Of a DNA stretch of 61,834 bases, positions 19,893 through 29,004 are shown in pieces. Position numbers and translations under genes: made by a program. The stretch spans positions 1 through 61,834 of the forward strand of contig DAIOVG010000001.1 in NCBI GenBank assembly GCA_036759125.1, given 5' to 3'. The stretch comes from Candidatus Limiplasma sp. (GTDB lineage: Bacteria > Bacillota > Clostridia > Christensenellales > Aristaeellaceae). Below the pieces are notes generated by a model, which was not told the origin of the DNA, ran no database searches, and saw only the letters and a list, made by a program, of their open reading frames with translations. How positions within the stretch are numbered: the stretch's first letter is position 1; each line of letters opens with the position of its first letter.

Positions 19893-20621
19893 TTATTTTT
19901 TGGGCTTATCGTAGGGTAGGTCGCCCAGGCAGTACCCGCGCAGCCGGTTGACCGTGCGCTCGATAGCGTTTTTGGAATTGCCCCAGGATTTATCTTTGTT
20001 CTTATAATCGAATTTCTGTGTGAACCATTTCAGGTCTGTTTCATCCGCCGACAGCTGCGCCTGAACAAGATCAAGGCCCAGCGCGGCGAACTCTTTGCGT
20101 TGCTGGGCGTTGAATTGCTTTTGCGCCGCTTCGATCAGATCGGCGGCGTGGGGGAGACACAACCCCTTGCTTTCGCTGAACCTCCGGGCAAACTTGGGAT
20201 CGGTCTTCCATAGATAGACAAGCGTATACGTATACCGCAACATATGCGTTTGCACGTTCTCGCATACGACGCAGCGCTCCCCCAAGGTTCGCAGGCTTTC
20301 AGTGAGTTTGGCGGTGTCGATATCGCGGCCGCGTACTGCCTGCGCTTTGATTTTTTCCAGCTTGACAAGCACCTGCTCGGCATGCGTATCCATTAGCAGG
20401 GCATGGCCCAGCCGGTTGCCGACCTGAAACATCATCTGCTGATGCTTCTGGCAGACGCCGATCTCGTTGGTGCGCACGCGAACGTCCGGCTCCATAACGC
20501 TGGAACCAAGGGTACGGTCTATTTCTCCGGCCTCGGTTTTTGCTTGCAGGGTGCACAGCATACAGCTGCCGTCGAACTCCAGCGCTTCCCATACGGGAAT
20601 GGTATCAATCTGGTATTTCAT
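19893..20621 (-). CDS. Conserved hypothetical Cys-rich protein (DUF6062-like)
   Basis: 242 aa beginning MKYQIDTIPVWEA. It carries CMLC and CVVC pairs plus CLPH. No enzymatic motif was recognised, and the family assignment is from memory only. Confidence 0.5.
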   Translation of the reverse strand: MKYQIDTIPVWEALEFDGSCMLCTLQAKTEAGEIDRTLGSSVMEPDVRVRTNEIGVCQKHQQMMFQVGNRLGHALLMDTHAEQVLVKLEKIKAQAVRGRDIDTAKLTESLRTLGERCVVCENVQTHMLRYTYTLVYLWKTDPKFARRFSESKGLCLPHAADLIEAAQKQFNAQQRKEFAALGLDLVQAQLSADETDLKWFTQKFDYKNKDKSWGNSKNAIERTVNRLRGYCLGDLPYDKPKK

Positions 20622-20754
20622 CGTCTGCCTCCGCGATCTCAAGTGCAACCATCGTATCAGAAAAACGGTCGCACTTCAAGCAGGCGGCCGCGTTGCGGAG
20701 GCATGGTAACAATGGTATAATCGAAGCATTCACAAGAAGGGGAGGGCGAGCGCC

Positions 20755-22065
20755 TTGCGTACCCGAATCACCAACTGCACACTGATACCTGGTGTCGAAA
20801 CAGAGGAGCATATCCCGTTTATTCCGAACGCCGAGGTGCAGGTGGACGGCAGCCTGATCGCTTATGCCGGTCCGGCCGATCATGCGCCCGCGTTTGCGGC
20901 GGATCAGGTGATCGACGCGACTGACCGCATTTGCATGCCGGGTCTTATCAACCTGCATACCCACACGCCTATGACCCTTTTACGTTCGGCAGGCGCAGAT
21001 CTGACGCTGGACGACTGGCTCAACCAGGTGATCTTCAAGCTGGAAGCGCAGTGGGATCATAGCCTGATCCGTACCGCTACCGACCTTGGCTGCATGGAAA
21101 TGCTGCGGTTTGGGACGACCTCGTTCTGCGATATGTACATGTATACCGATACCATTGTTAAATCGGTACAGGAAAACGGCATGCGGGCGTTAATCGGCTA
21201 CGGGCTGATCGATACGGACGGAAGCTGCAAGGATCTGGAGATCGGTATACAGCTGGCCAGGGACTGGAACCATTGCTGCAATGACCGCATCCGCATCGCC
21301 ATCGCGCCCCATGCCGAGTACACCCCGGAGCTGATGAAAGCCGCCGCCAAAGCGGCGATCGAGATGAAGCTTCCCTTCCATGTTCACGTCAGCGAAACAA
21401 TGGCCGAGCACGAGGGCTGCATCGCGCGCAGGGGCATGACCCCGCTGAAGTATCTGGAGTCCTGCGGCGCGCTGAAAGCCGGTGTGATCGCCGCACACTG
21501 TGTGTGGTTCTCCGATGAGGATATCAAGCTGGCCCAACAGTACGGCGTGACGATTGCACACAACCCGGTCAGCAATCTGAAGCTTGCCAGCGGTATCGCG
21601 CCTGTTGCGGCGATGCTCAAACAGGGCTGCAAGGTGGCATTGGGTACGGACGGCGTTGCCAGCAACGACAACCTGAACCTCTGGGAGGAGATCAAGCTCA
21701 TGCCGTTATTGCAAAAGGGCGCAACCCTGGACCCGACCGTAGTTACGCCTGCGCAGACCCTTGCCGCCGCCACCAGCGTAGGCGCAAAGGCAATGGGATT
21801 TGAGAATCTGGGCTTGATAAAGGAAGGCTACATAGCCGATTTGATCTTGATCAACAGCAAAACGCCACACATGACGCCAAGCATCCATCTGGAATCCAAC
21901 CTCATCTATGCCCTGCAGGGCAGCGATGTGACGCTGACCATGGTGGATGGCAAGGTGCTATATCGTGACGGTGAGTATTTGACCATCGACGCAGAAAAAA
22001 CCCTCCGCGAAGCCAAAACTGGCGCGGAGGATATGTACAGGCGCTACCACGAGCTCAACGGATAA
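20755..22065 (+). CDS. mtaD: Amidohydrolase, 5-methylthioadenosine/S-adenosylhomocysteine deaminase-like
   Basis: 436 aa with a TTG start after the aaggggaggg RBS. It has the GLINLHTHTPM metal-binding HxH, HVHVSET and GTDGVASNDNLN. Confidence 0.85.
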   Translation: MRTRITNCTLIPGVETEEHIPFIPNAEVQVDGSLIAYAGPADHAPAFAADQVIDATDRICMPGLINLHTHTPMTLLRSAGADLTLDDWLNQVIFKLEAQWDHSLIRTATDLGCMEMLRFGTTSFCDMYMYTDTIVKSVQENGMRALIGYGLIDTDGSCKDLEIGIQLARDWNHCCNDRIRIAIAPHAEYTPELMKAAAKAAIEMKLPFHVHVSETMAEHEGCIARRGMTPLKYLESCGALKAGVIAAHCVWFSDEDIKLAQQYGVTIAHNPVSNLKLASGIAPVAAMLKQGCKVALGTDGVASNDNLNLWEEIKLMPLLQKGATLDPTVVTPAQTLAAATSVGAKAMGFENLGLIKEGYIADLILINSKTPHMTPSIHLESNLIYALQGSDVTLTMVDGKVLYRDGEYLTIDAEKTLREAKTGAEDMYRRYHELNG

Positions 22066-22077
22066 TTTTCTTCTGCT

Positions 22078-24336
22078 TTAAGGAAGCGGAACCGTGACCG
22101 TGGTTTCCAGCTCATAGTCGGTATCATACAGCTTCAGCGTAAGCGCTTCGCCCTCCAACAGGCGGATGCTTACGCTTTTGTTGACCTCTACCCGCAGCCG
22201 CCTGCCGCGGTAGAGGAGCTGAAACGCATAACCCTGCCACTGCGCAGGCAGGAAGGGACGGAAACCCAGGCCATCCACGGTGCGCATACCCGCAAAGCCG
22301 TGTACAATGGATAGCCAGCTGCCCGCCATACTGGTGATGTGCAGACCGTCGTCGGTATCGTGGTTGATGTTGTCCAGATCAAGCCTTGCCGTTCGCTCAA
22401 ACATTTCCACGGCCTTGTCGTGATATTGCAGCTCTGCAGCCAAAATGGAATGTACGCACGGGGATAGGCTGGATTCGTGTACGGTCATAGGCTCATAGAA
22501 ATCGAAATTGCGCCTGATCGTCTCCTGATCGTAGAGGTGATTGAGGAAATACAGGCCCTGCAATACGTCCGCCTGTTTGATGAAGCAGGAGCGCAGAATA
22601 CGATCCCATGACCAGTGCTTATTGATGGGACGATCCTCTTTAGGCAACGCCGAGGCGGGCATCAGATCTTTATCCATAAAGGTGTCGTGCTGAATAAAGA
22701 TACCCCTTTGAATATCCTCCGGGTAATACATCATCTCCGAAATCTCGCGCATGTGCTGTACTTCATCAGCCGAAACGTCTAAAGCGCTCCTGCGGGCGGC
22801 GTCGGCCTTGTTATACATATCGCAAAAATACGCAATACTCCAGGCCGCCATGCGGTTGGTGTACCAGTTGTTGTTGACGTTGTTTTCATACTCGTTGGGG
22901 CCGGTCACGCCGTGGATCATATAGCGTCCCAAGCGCTTGTTGAAGTGCGTGCGGCCTGCGTAGAATGTCGCGATACCGTACAGTACGTCCAGCCCTTCTT
23001 GCAGGGCATAGCTCTCGTCGCCCGTGTAGGTGACATACTGAAAAATCGCGTGGGCGATGGCGGCATTGCGGTGGATTTCCTCAAAGGTGATTTCCCACTC
23101 ATTGTGGCACTCCACACCGGTAAAGGTGACCATGGGGAAGAGCGCGCCGGGAAGCCCTTGCATGCGCGCGTTGTGGTATGCGCCGTCCAGCTGCATATGC
23201 CTGTAGAGCAGTAGCTGTTTGGCAACGTGTTCGCCCGCGATTGCCATATACATCGCAAAGCAGTAACCCTCGGTATCCCAGTAGGTGCCGCCGCCATATT
23301 TTTCACCGGAAAAGCCCTTGGGGCCGATGTTGAGGCGCGCATCCTCGCCTGTATAGGTGCCCAGCAGTTGGAACAGGTTATACCGGATACCCTGCTGGGC
23401 TTTGTCGTCGCCTGTGATCTCCACATCGCTGGCTGCCCAGCGCGTTTTCCATACGCCTTGATGCGCGTCGAGCAGGCTATGGAAACCGGTTTCCCGCGCT
23501 CTGGCGGCGGCTTTCAGCGCCAAGGTCATCAAGAGCTTCACGTCCTGATCCCGGTCGGTGAAGCAGAGAACATACTTCTCGATCGACGCCGTTTGGCCCG
23601 CCGCTATGGTACCGCGATAGCGGGCCTCCACATAGCCTTCGTTGAGCGTTTTTTCACTCAAATCCAGTTCATCCGCCCAAAGGCTCATCGCCGTGGCAAC
23701 GGTAAAGCGGGGAGTGCCGAAAGGATTTTCCTTGGTTCTGGTCAACAAGCCCAGCGCGTTTTCGGTTTCTTCCTCCTGCAGCATGTCCCAGAAGGTTTCA
23801 TCGTAATTGCTGTCCAGGTTGCGCACGTGCCCGTCCAGATAGGGCACCATCTCGATAACCGCCTCGTGGTCGGGGGTTACGGCATAGGAGATCGCCATCA
23901 GTTCCTTTTGCGCGGCAGACAGAAACCGCTGTACGCTGATCTTCGCTTTTCCCTTTTTTGTCGTAATGGTGAAGCGCCTGCGGATGACGCCGGTCTGCAT
24001 ATCCAGCTCGCAGGTATAGTTCTCACTTGTCATTTTGGCAAGGTCAACAGGCTCGCCGTCGATCACCACGCGGATGCCGTTCATCCGTACGGCGTTAATG
24101 GTCTTGCCGAAATACTGCGGATAGCCGTTCTTCCACCAACCGACGCGCGTCTTATCGGGGAACCATATGCCGCCGATATAGGTTCCCACATGTGCGTTGC
24201 CGGAAAAGTCTTCTTCAAAATTACCACGCATACCCATATAGCCGTTGCCAATCGACATCAGGCTTTCCGATAGCCGCACGGCATCAAGGTTAAGACCTTC
24301 TTGAATCAGCTTCCATGGATGAACAAGATATGACAC
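22078..24336 (-). CDS. Glycoside hydrolase family 65 disaccharide phosphorylase (maltose/kojibiose/trehalose phosphorylase type)
   Basis: 752 aa with the N-terminal ESLMSIGNGYMGMRGNFEE and a central (alpha/alpha)6 region containing GEKYGGGTYWDTE. Substrate specificity is not assignable. Confidence 0.88.
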   Translation of the reverse strand: MSYLVHPWKLIQEGLNLDAVRLSESLMSIGNGYMGMRGNFEEDFSGNAHVGTYIGGIWFPDKTRVGWWKNGYPQYFGKTINAVRMNGIRVVIDGEPVDLAKMTSENYTCELDMQTGVIRRRFTITTKKGKAKISVQRFLSAAQKELMAISYAVTPDHEAVIEMVPYLDGHVRNLDSNYDETFWDMLQEEETENALGLLTRTKENPFGTPRFTVATAMSLWADELDLSEKTLNEGYVEARYRGTIAAGQTASIEKYVLCFTDRDQDVKLLMTLALKAAARARETGFHSLLDAHQGVWKTRWAASDVEITGDDKAQQGIRYNLFQLLGTYTGEDARLNIGPKGFSGEKYGGGTYWDTEGYCFAMYMAIAGEHVAKQLLLYRHMQLDGAYHNARMQGLPGALFPMVTFTGVECHNEWEITFEEIHRNAAIAHAIFQYVTYTGDESYALQEGLDVLYGIATFYAGRTHFNKRLGRYMIHGVTGPNEYENNVNNNWYTNRMAAWSIAYFCDMYNKADAARRSALDVSADEVQHMREISEMMYYPEDIQRGIFIQHDTFMDKDLMPASALPKEDRPINKHWSWDRILRSCFIKQADVLQGLYFLNHLYDQETIRRNFDFYEPMTVHESSLSPCVHSILAAELQYHDKAVEMFERTARLDLDNINHDTDDGLHITSMAGSWLSIVHGFAGMRTVDGLGFRPFLPAQWQGYAFQLLYRGRRLRVEVNKSVSIRLLEGEALTLKLYDTDYELETTVTVPLP

Positions 24337-24347
24337 TGGGTGACCTC

Positions 24348-25337
24348 CTATATACCATTGCGTTTGACTGCGAACACTGCGAACCGAACGTTATCGTCAC
24401 GGGTCGCACAGGTGGTGACGGTCAGGATTTGATCGGTCCCTGCAACATAGACCGGAACGAGGTACTCCGACATTTTTTGCAGCTTGGCTACGAATGTCAG
24501 AAATTCCTCTGTTGACATGGTATTGATGCGATACAGGTCCAGAAAGCGATCAGATTTGGGATCGATGGAGTAGTACACGGCGGCAAAGGGGATATAACGA
24601 GCGTTTTCATACAGTGTGGAGAACTCAATGAAAGGGTATCTGTTCAAATAGTTCAAATCATCAAAGCGTGATAGCTTTCCAAACGCCGTTCCGTCCTGCA
24701 TGTTGTGGCCGTGGAGAATCATATTGCGGCTTTGCGGATAGATGGAACAGGTTACGTCCAGAAAGATCGCGCCGGAGAAACTGTACTCGTCGGTGAAGGA
24801 ATGCCGCAGATAGTAAATGTTGTCTCGCTGAACCACATACGCTTTGATGGATTCGCCCATTTGCAGCTGGCCGATCGTATCGGGGTTGATGGCGAGCGCT
24901 TTGGAGAACTGAATGAGCGCTTCGGGCTTGGAGCCCTGTGCCGGAGCCCTGTAGGAAACGGTTGGCTCCGGCGCTGCGACCGCCTGGAGTACAGCGCTGG
25001 GTTCCGGTGTGGGCGCGGGGGCTGGCTCCTCTGTGATTCCTTCGCTTTGCGCGATCATCGTTTGTACCATTTGCTCTTCCTGCCTGGCTTGACGGCTATG
25101 CACGAAGTATAGTACCAGCTGCGTAGACGCATAAACGAATATTACAGAAAGAACGATGAACAGCACGACCACCATGGGCTTGTATCGCGGTTTTTTCTTC
25201 GTCTCAGGGAAGGACTGATGAGGATGGTAGCCCTGCATACGGTATGAATGGGATTCTTCAGGAGTACAGTCGGGGTGCATAGAAACGGATGACGCATTGT
25301 ATTGCGTATCTTGCTTTCTGTTCACCCGCAACACCAT
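24348..25337 (-). CDS. srtB: Class B sortase-like transpeptidase with N-terminal TM and a Pro/Ala-rich linker
   Basis: 329 aa. The C-terminal domain has ILHGHNMQDGTAFGKL (catalytic His region) and LTVTTCA (catalytic Cys, TLxTC-like). Confidence 0.75.
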   Translation of the reverse strand: MVLRVNRKQDTQYNASSVSMHPDCTPEESHSYRMQGYHPHQSFPETKKKPRYKPMVVVLFIVLSVIFVYASTQLVLYFVHSRQARQEEQMVQTMIAQSEGITEEPAPAPTPEPSAVLQAVAAPEPTVSYRAPAQGSKPEALIQFSKALAINPDTIGQLQMGESIKAYVVQRDNIYYLRHSFTDEYSFSGAIFLDVTCSIYPQSRNMILHGHNMQDGTAFGKLSRFDDLNYLNRYPFIEFSTLYENARYIPFAAVYYSIDPKSDRFLDLYRINTMSTEEFLTFVAKLQKMSEYLVPVYVAGTDQILTVTTCATRDDNVRFAVFAVKRNGI

Positions 25338-25448
25338 CCTGATCGTTTCTATTTACAGCAGCACCATTATAATCCGAAACGAACCGGAATATCAATGTAT
25401 CAGGTATTTATTTGACGGGATTCTCTTTTGAAAGTTCATTTTTCTATC

Positions 25449-25477
25449 TTGCAAAATGGCAGAATCTATGCTACGAT
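25449..25477 (+). promoter_or_regulatory. Promoter of tRNA-Val
   Basis: TTGCAA, 17 nt, then TACGAT with an extended TGc. It ends about 22 nt upstream of the mature tRNA 5' end. Confidence 0.6.
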
Positions 25478-25499
25478 ATCTTGGCTGTAAAAACGGCAT

Positions 25500-25576
25500 G
25501 GGATTATAGCTCAGCTGGTTAGAGTGCCACGTTGACATCGTGGAGGTCGATGGTTCGAGCCCATTTAATCCCACCA
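25500..25576 (+). tRNA. tRNA-Val (anticodon GAC), CCA encoded
   Basis: Manual cloverleaf: acceptor GGGATTA/TAATCCC, D-arm GCTC..GAGT, anticodon stem CCACG/CGTGG with loop TTGACAT, T-arm GATGG-TTCGAGC-CCATT, discriminator A, CCA. Confidence 0.9.
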
Positions 25577-25578
25577 AT

Positions 25579-25609
25579 GAAACCCTTACATAGCAAGGGT
25601 TTCTTTTTT
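25579..25609 (+). terminator. Rho-independent terminator after tRNA-Val
   Basis: Hairpin gaaaccctt-acatagc-aagggtttc followed by TTTTTT. Confidence 0.85.
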
Positions 25610-26215
25610 ATTTCGAAACGCATATGAATATTCTGCAACCATAGTGGAAATCCTTGGTTTGCCGTGCCTCCAGCAAATATTAAATGACATATCATTCTCT
25701 GCCCTGTGACATATACATTAGAATGGATGAAATATTCCGTGTGAGTTGCAAAGTGTTCCGATTCGAGAATTCCAGTGAAAATGTGAGAATGGAACGGGTA
25801 TCATGTTCGGAAATATTCAGCTTTATACCGTAATCCTATTCATTTTTTATGATTGGTTGAAGGCTTATAATTTACATAAAGTTTGCGCTTGGCAAACTCG
25901 AAAGGGTATCTGTCTTGTGTTTGGGCTGTCAGCGATGCTGTAAGCATAGCACAATTCCATGGATTCTGTGCAAATCAGTATTTACTTGCCAATTGTTCGC
26001 AATACTGTTGCCTATACCCAATGGACCAGAGCCTCGTTTGACAATGATAGAAAGGAGACTGCTTCGAGAGGAATATCCGCCCCGACCTTAGATGGTGATT
26101 GGTTTCACCTGTTGAAAGAAGACCAATCTTCCTTGGATGTTTAAATCAAACGAAACCACTGTCTACACAAGCAAAACAAAGTCAAACAACCCTTTGAATC
26201 TGAAAGGAGAACCTT

Positions 26216-28144
26216 ATGAAAAAACTGATTTCGTGTCTTGCCGTGCTTGCGCTGATGATGAGTTCTATCAGCGGTGCATTTGCACTCAACTTTACCGGGG
26301 AACTCGGGAATGAAGCAACCTTTGAAACACTGCAAGAAGCTCACGCGAGCTCGCCTGCCGTTGTGCAGGGTATCGTTGAAAATGAATACAAAACGTTTGT
26401 GGGTCATCCGGCGCTGGATGGTTATCCTGAAGGCACAACATTCGTATACCGTTCTGCCAACCAGTATGCCGGCCGCGCGGCGGCCCGCTTGAACACCAAC
26501 ATCTTTGTGTATGCGGAACAGCGCTTTGAAACCAAGGATGCTGCGCTTGCCTATCTGAAGGATGCCGGGCTGATTGACATCATTGATGAAGCCATCGGCA
26601 GCGTCGTGCTTGTTACGCCTGTCGGCGATACCTTCGGTCAGGCAGACGTGCTTTCGTACTACGCTTTGCAAACCGCTATGCTTTCTCAAAAAGCAGGTGG
26701 TATGGACGCAGACGGAAACGCAGTCTACTATTCTGACGCAGAATATTTCGGCGGCTATGGTAACGAGTATTTCGTCGGTATCGAAGGCGGCGCAACATTC
26801 TTCAATAACTACATTGCCCCGGAGATTGATTTTGTCGGAAGACTTGCCGGCGTGCTGTTGATTGGCGGCGATATGCAGGAAGCCCGCAAACCTGCAGTTT
26901 ATGTGCCGATTTCCCTGATCAATGCCCAGGCTGATGTTGTTGAGAAGTACAAGGCGATCAACGCTGTTGACGCCAGCAAAACCGAAAGCAACGGCGTGGT
27001 GACGTATTATAACCAGGCCTGGCCGCTTCGTAAGGTGATTACGGCATCCATGGCCTCCGTGGATGTGGCCAAGGAAATCAATACGGCGTACTACGGCTTG
27101 TTTGTCAAGGCCATGCGTGTGCCGGTCATCCCTGAGGCAATGAATAGCGGCGGCGGACTTTACAGCGGCTATACCTTCGACGAAGCGCCCTACTCCTTAT
27201 GCGACCGCAACATCCTGATCAACGGCAGGACCTCCGATGGCATCGTTCTGATCAGCCATCAGGGTGATGATACCTTTAAGGATATCAAAACCACAGAAGA
27301 AGTAGCTGGCAGGGGCGGCGCGCCCGGAACTCCCGCAGGTGAGTATATCGACGTTTGGTACGAATATCTGCCGGAAGAGGTTCTCGACAATACAGCCCCC
27401 GCTGGCTCCATTCCTCTGATTCTCGCAAACCACGGCGGCGGCGACGATGCCCGTGTGTTTGCCGAAGAGTTTGGCCTGGTCGAGCTGGCAGGCAAAGAGC
27501 GTGTTGCCGTGGTGGCACCTGACCATTCTACGGTCGGCGCGATCCGCGGACAGGCCCTGACTGCGGTTGCAGAGTATATGCTTGCAAAATACCCGGCGCT
27601 GGATGCTTCCCGCGTTTATGCAACCGGCTACTCCATGGGTGGCGGCGCAACCTATACGGTTGGCTATTATAACCCGAAGCTGTTTGCGGCAATTGCTCCC
27701 TTCGCTGGCTCCAACACCGTGATCCCCGCAGAGCAGGAAGAGAATTTCTACAGCACGGAGCTGCCCATCATCATGTCGCTTTCGTCCTTTGACCCGGCAG
27801 GGCGCCGTCAGGATGCCCTGGAAGGCAATCTCAACGAGGGAACGCAGCTGATGATCAGCACCTATGCCAAGAGCAATGGCATCGAAGTTGGCGCTTTCGA
27901 CTTTGAGACCTATCCCCATGTCGGCTTCGGCGGTGACTACTCTGTTGTGGATACAGTCAACGGCGAGTTCGAGAAAAAGACGACCTACCTTTGCAATAGC
28001 GATGGCGAACCGCGCGTAGCCTATGTGTACGTCAACGGTATGGTTCACTGCCTGTATCCCGAATACGCATTCATGCTCTGGGATTATGTGAAGAACTACT
28101 CCCGTGACCTTACCACCGGCGAAATCGTCTACGCTCCCTATTAA
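26216..28144 (+). CDS. Secreted two-domain protein: unknown ~350-aa N-terminal domain plus C-terminal alpha/beta esterase (PHB-depolymerase/feruloyl-esterase-like)
   Basis: 642 aa with signal peptide MKKLISCLAVLALMMSSISGAFA and an aaaggag RBS. The C-terminal half has the HGGGDD oxyanion-like region and a GYSMGG nucleophile elbow. Confidence 0.7.
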   Translation: MKKLISCLAVLALMMSSISGAFALNFTGELGNEATFETLQEAHASSPAVVQGIVENEYKTFVGHPALDGYPEGTTFVYRSANQYAGRAAARLNTNIFVYAEQRFETKDAALAYLKDAGLIDIIDEAIGSVVLVTPVGDTFGQADVLSYYALQTAMLSQKAGGMDADGNAVYYSDAEYFGGYGNEYFVGIEGGATFFNNYIAPEIDFVGRLAGVLLIGGDMQEARKPAVYVPISLINAQADVVEKYKAINAVDASKTESNGVVTYYNQAWPLRKVITASMASVDVAKEINTAYYGLFVKAMRVPVIPEAMNSGGGLYSGYTFDEAPYSLCDRNILINGRTSDGIVLISHQGDDTFKDIKTTEEVAGRGGAPGTPAGEYIDVWYEYLPEEVLDNTAPAGSIPLILANHGGGDDARVFAEEFGLVELAGKERVAVVAPDHSTVGAIRGQALTAVAEYMLAKYPALDASRVYATGYSMGGGATYTVGYYNPKLFAAIAPFAGSNTVIPAEQEENFYSTELPIIMSLSSFDPAGRRQDALEGNLNEGTQLMISTYAKSNGIEVGAFDFETYPHVGFGGDYSVVDTVNGEFEKKTTYLCNSDGEPRVAYVYVNGMVHCLYPEYAFMLWDYVKNYSRDLTTGEIVYAPY

Positions 28145-28170
28145 TCAATAGGATAGGACAGTCGAATCAA

Positions 28171-28200
28171 CGGGGCAGTTGGCATCGGCCAGCTGCCCCG
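28171..28200 (+). terminator. Strong GC hairpin after the esterase gene (terminator candidate, weak U-tract)
   Basis: cggggcagttggc-atc-ggccagctgccccg forms a 13-bp stem with one mismatch. No clear T-run follows. Confidence 0.5.
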
Positions 28201-28401
28201 AACCCATGTTTGGGCCTATCAATTCGAAATAGCAAATTCACGGTGAAAAAACACTGTCAGGAGACCCTCTGCTTGATTTGATAGCAGGGGATCAATTTCT
28301 GTCATGTCGAACAGCTCCCAGCCATTGATGAAGTGCGATTTGAAATAGACTGAAATCACGCAACAAAATAGTGATACGCAACGACTGCAGGTACATATAT
28401 C

Positions 28402-28430
28402 TTGTGTTCAACCACGTCCCATGATACAAT
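28402..28430 (+). promoter_or_regulatory. Candidate promoter of the sipW-like operon
   Basis: TTGTGT, 17 nt, then TACAAT with an extended TGa, about 30 nt upstream of the sipW-like ATG. Confidence 0.5.
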
Positions 28431-28458
28431 AATAAAAACCGTAATGAGGGATATGTGA

Positions 28459-28995
28459 ATGCAGACTGGTAAAGACTTCTATACGTCCAGGGAAGAGGCT
28501 GAAGCGCTGCTCAGGGAGACGCTGGAAGGCAAGGATAATAAGGACGCGGATAAAGCTGTAAAGGGCTCCGCAAAATGGATGAAGTATATCAGACGCTTTC
28601 TTTATTTTCTGATCATCGCCGCAATGCTTACGATGCTTGGCAAGGTCTGGTATCAAAAACTGCATGACGAAATCCCAAGCCTGTTCGGCTACCAGCTTTA
28701 CGTGGTAGAGACCGGAAGTATGCTTCCGACGCTGCCGATCGGCACCAATATTCTGGTACGGCAGCTCAGACCAAACGACGAGCTGAAGGTTGGCGATGTG
28801 GTGACCTATTCCCATGAAACCGCTGCCGTTACGCATCGTATAATCGAGCTGGTTCCGGGAGAGGACGGCATCCTGCGTTACCAAACCAAGGGTGACAATC
28901 CTGACAACTCCAAAGACCCCTGGCTTGTGGAGCGTGAAGATGTGCGCGGCATTGTAGTGTGGCACTTCTCGCTTTCCAGCCTGTTTGGCAAATAG
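28459..28995 (+). CDS. sipW: Signal peptidase I, SipW/ER/archaeal type (S26B)
   Basis: 178 aa. PSLFGYQLYVVETGSMLPTLPIG (catalytic Ser box), AAVTHRII (catalytic His box) and TKGDNPDNSKD match the B. subtilis SipW pattern (SLFGY..SGSMEPT, VTHRI, TKGDNN). It has one TM after a charged ~45-aa N-terminus. Confidence 0.88.
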   Translation: MQTGKDFYTSREEAEALLRETLEGKDNKDADKAVKGSAKWMKYIRRFLYFLIIAAMLTMLGKVWYQKLHDEIPSLFGYQLYVVETGSMLPTLPIGTNILVRQLRPNDELKVGDVVTYSHETAAVTHRIIELVPGEDGILRYQTKGDNPDNSKDPWLVEREDVRGIVVWHFSLSSLFGK

Positions 28996-29004
28996 GGGAA
29001 GATC

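Noticed and set aside
23227-24273. 348-aa ORF on the plus strand inside the GH65 phosphorylase gene
   Set aside because: It lies antisense to a gene with strong family motifs. Its composition is Arg/Ala/Gly-rich, as is typical of shadow ORFs in GC-rich coding DNA. It has no RBS or recognisable motif.
25392-25577. 61-aa minus-strand ORF
   Set aside because: It lies antisense to tRNA-Val and its promoter, so it is an artefact.
25959-26144. 61-aa plus-strand ORF in the tRNA-proximal spacer
   Set aside because: It has no Shine-Dalgarno sequence, no recognisable motif, and lies in an AT-rich region where random ORFs of this size are expected.
28408-28965. 185-aa minus-strand ORF overlapping the sipW-like gene, and similarly 29476-30021 and 30641-31309 within the ABC-like genes
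   Set aside because: The plus-strand genes carry clear family motifs and operon-like coupling, so the minus-strand ORFs are shadows.
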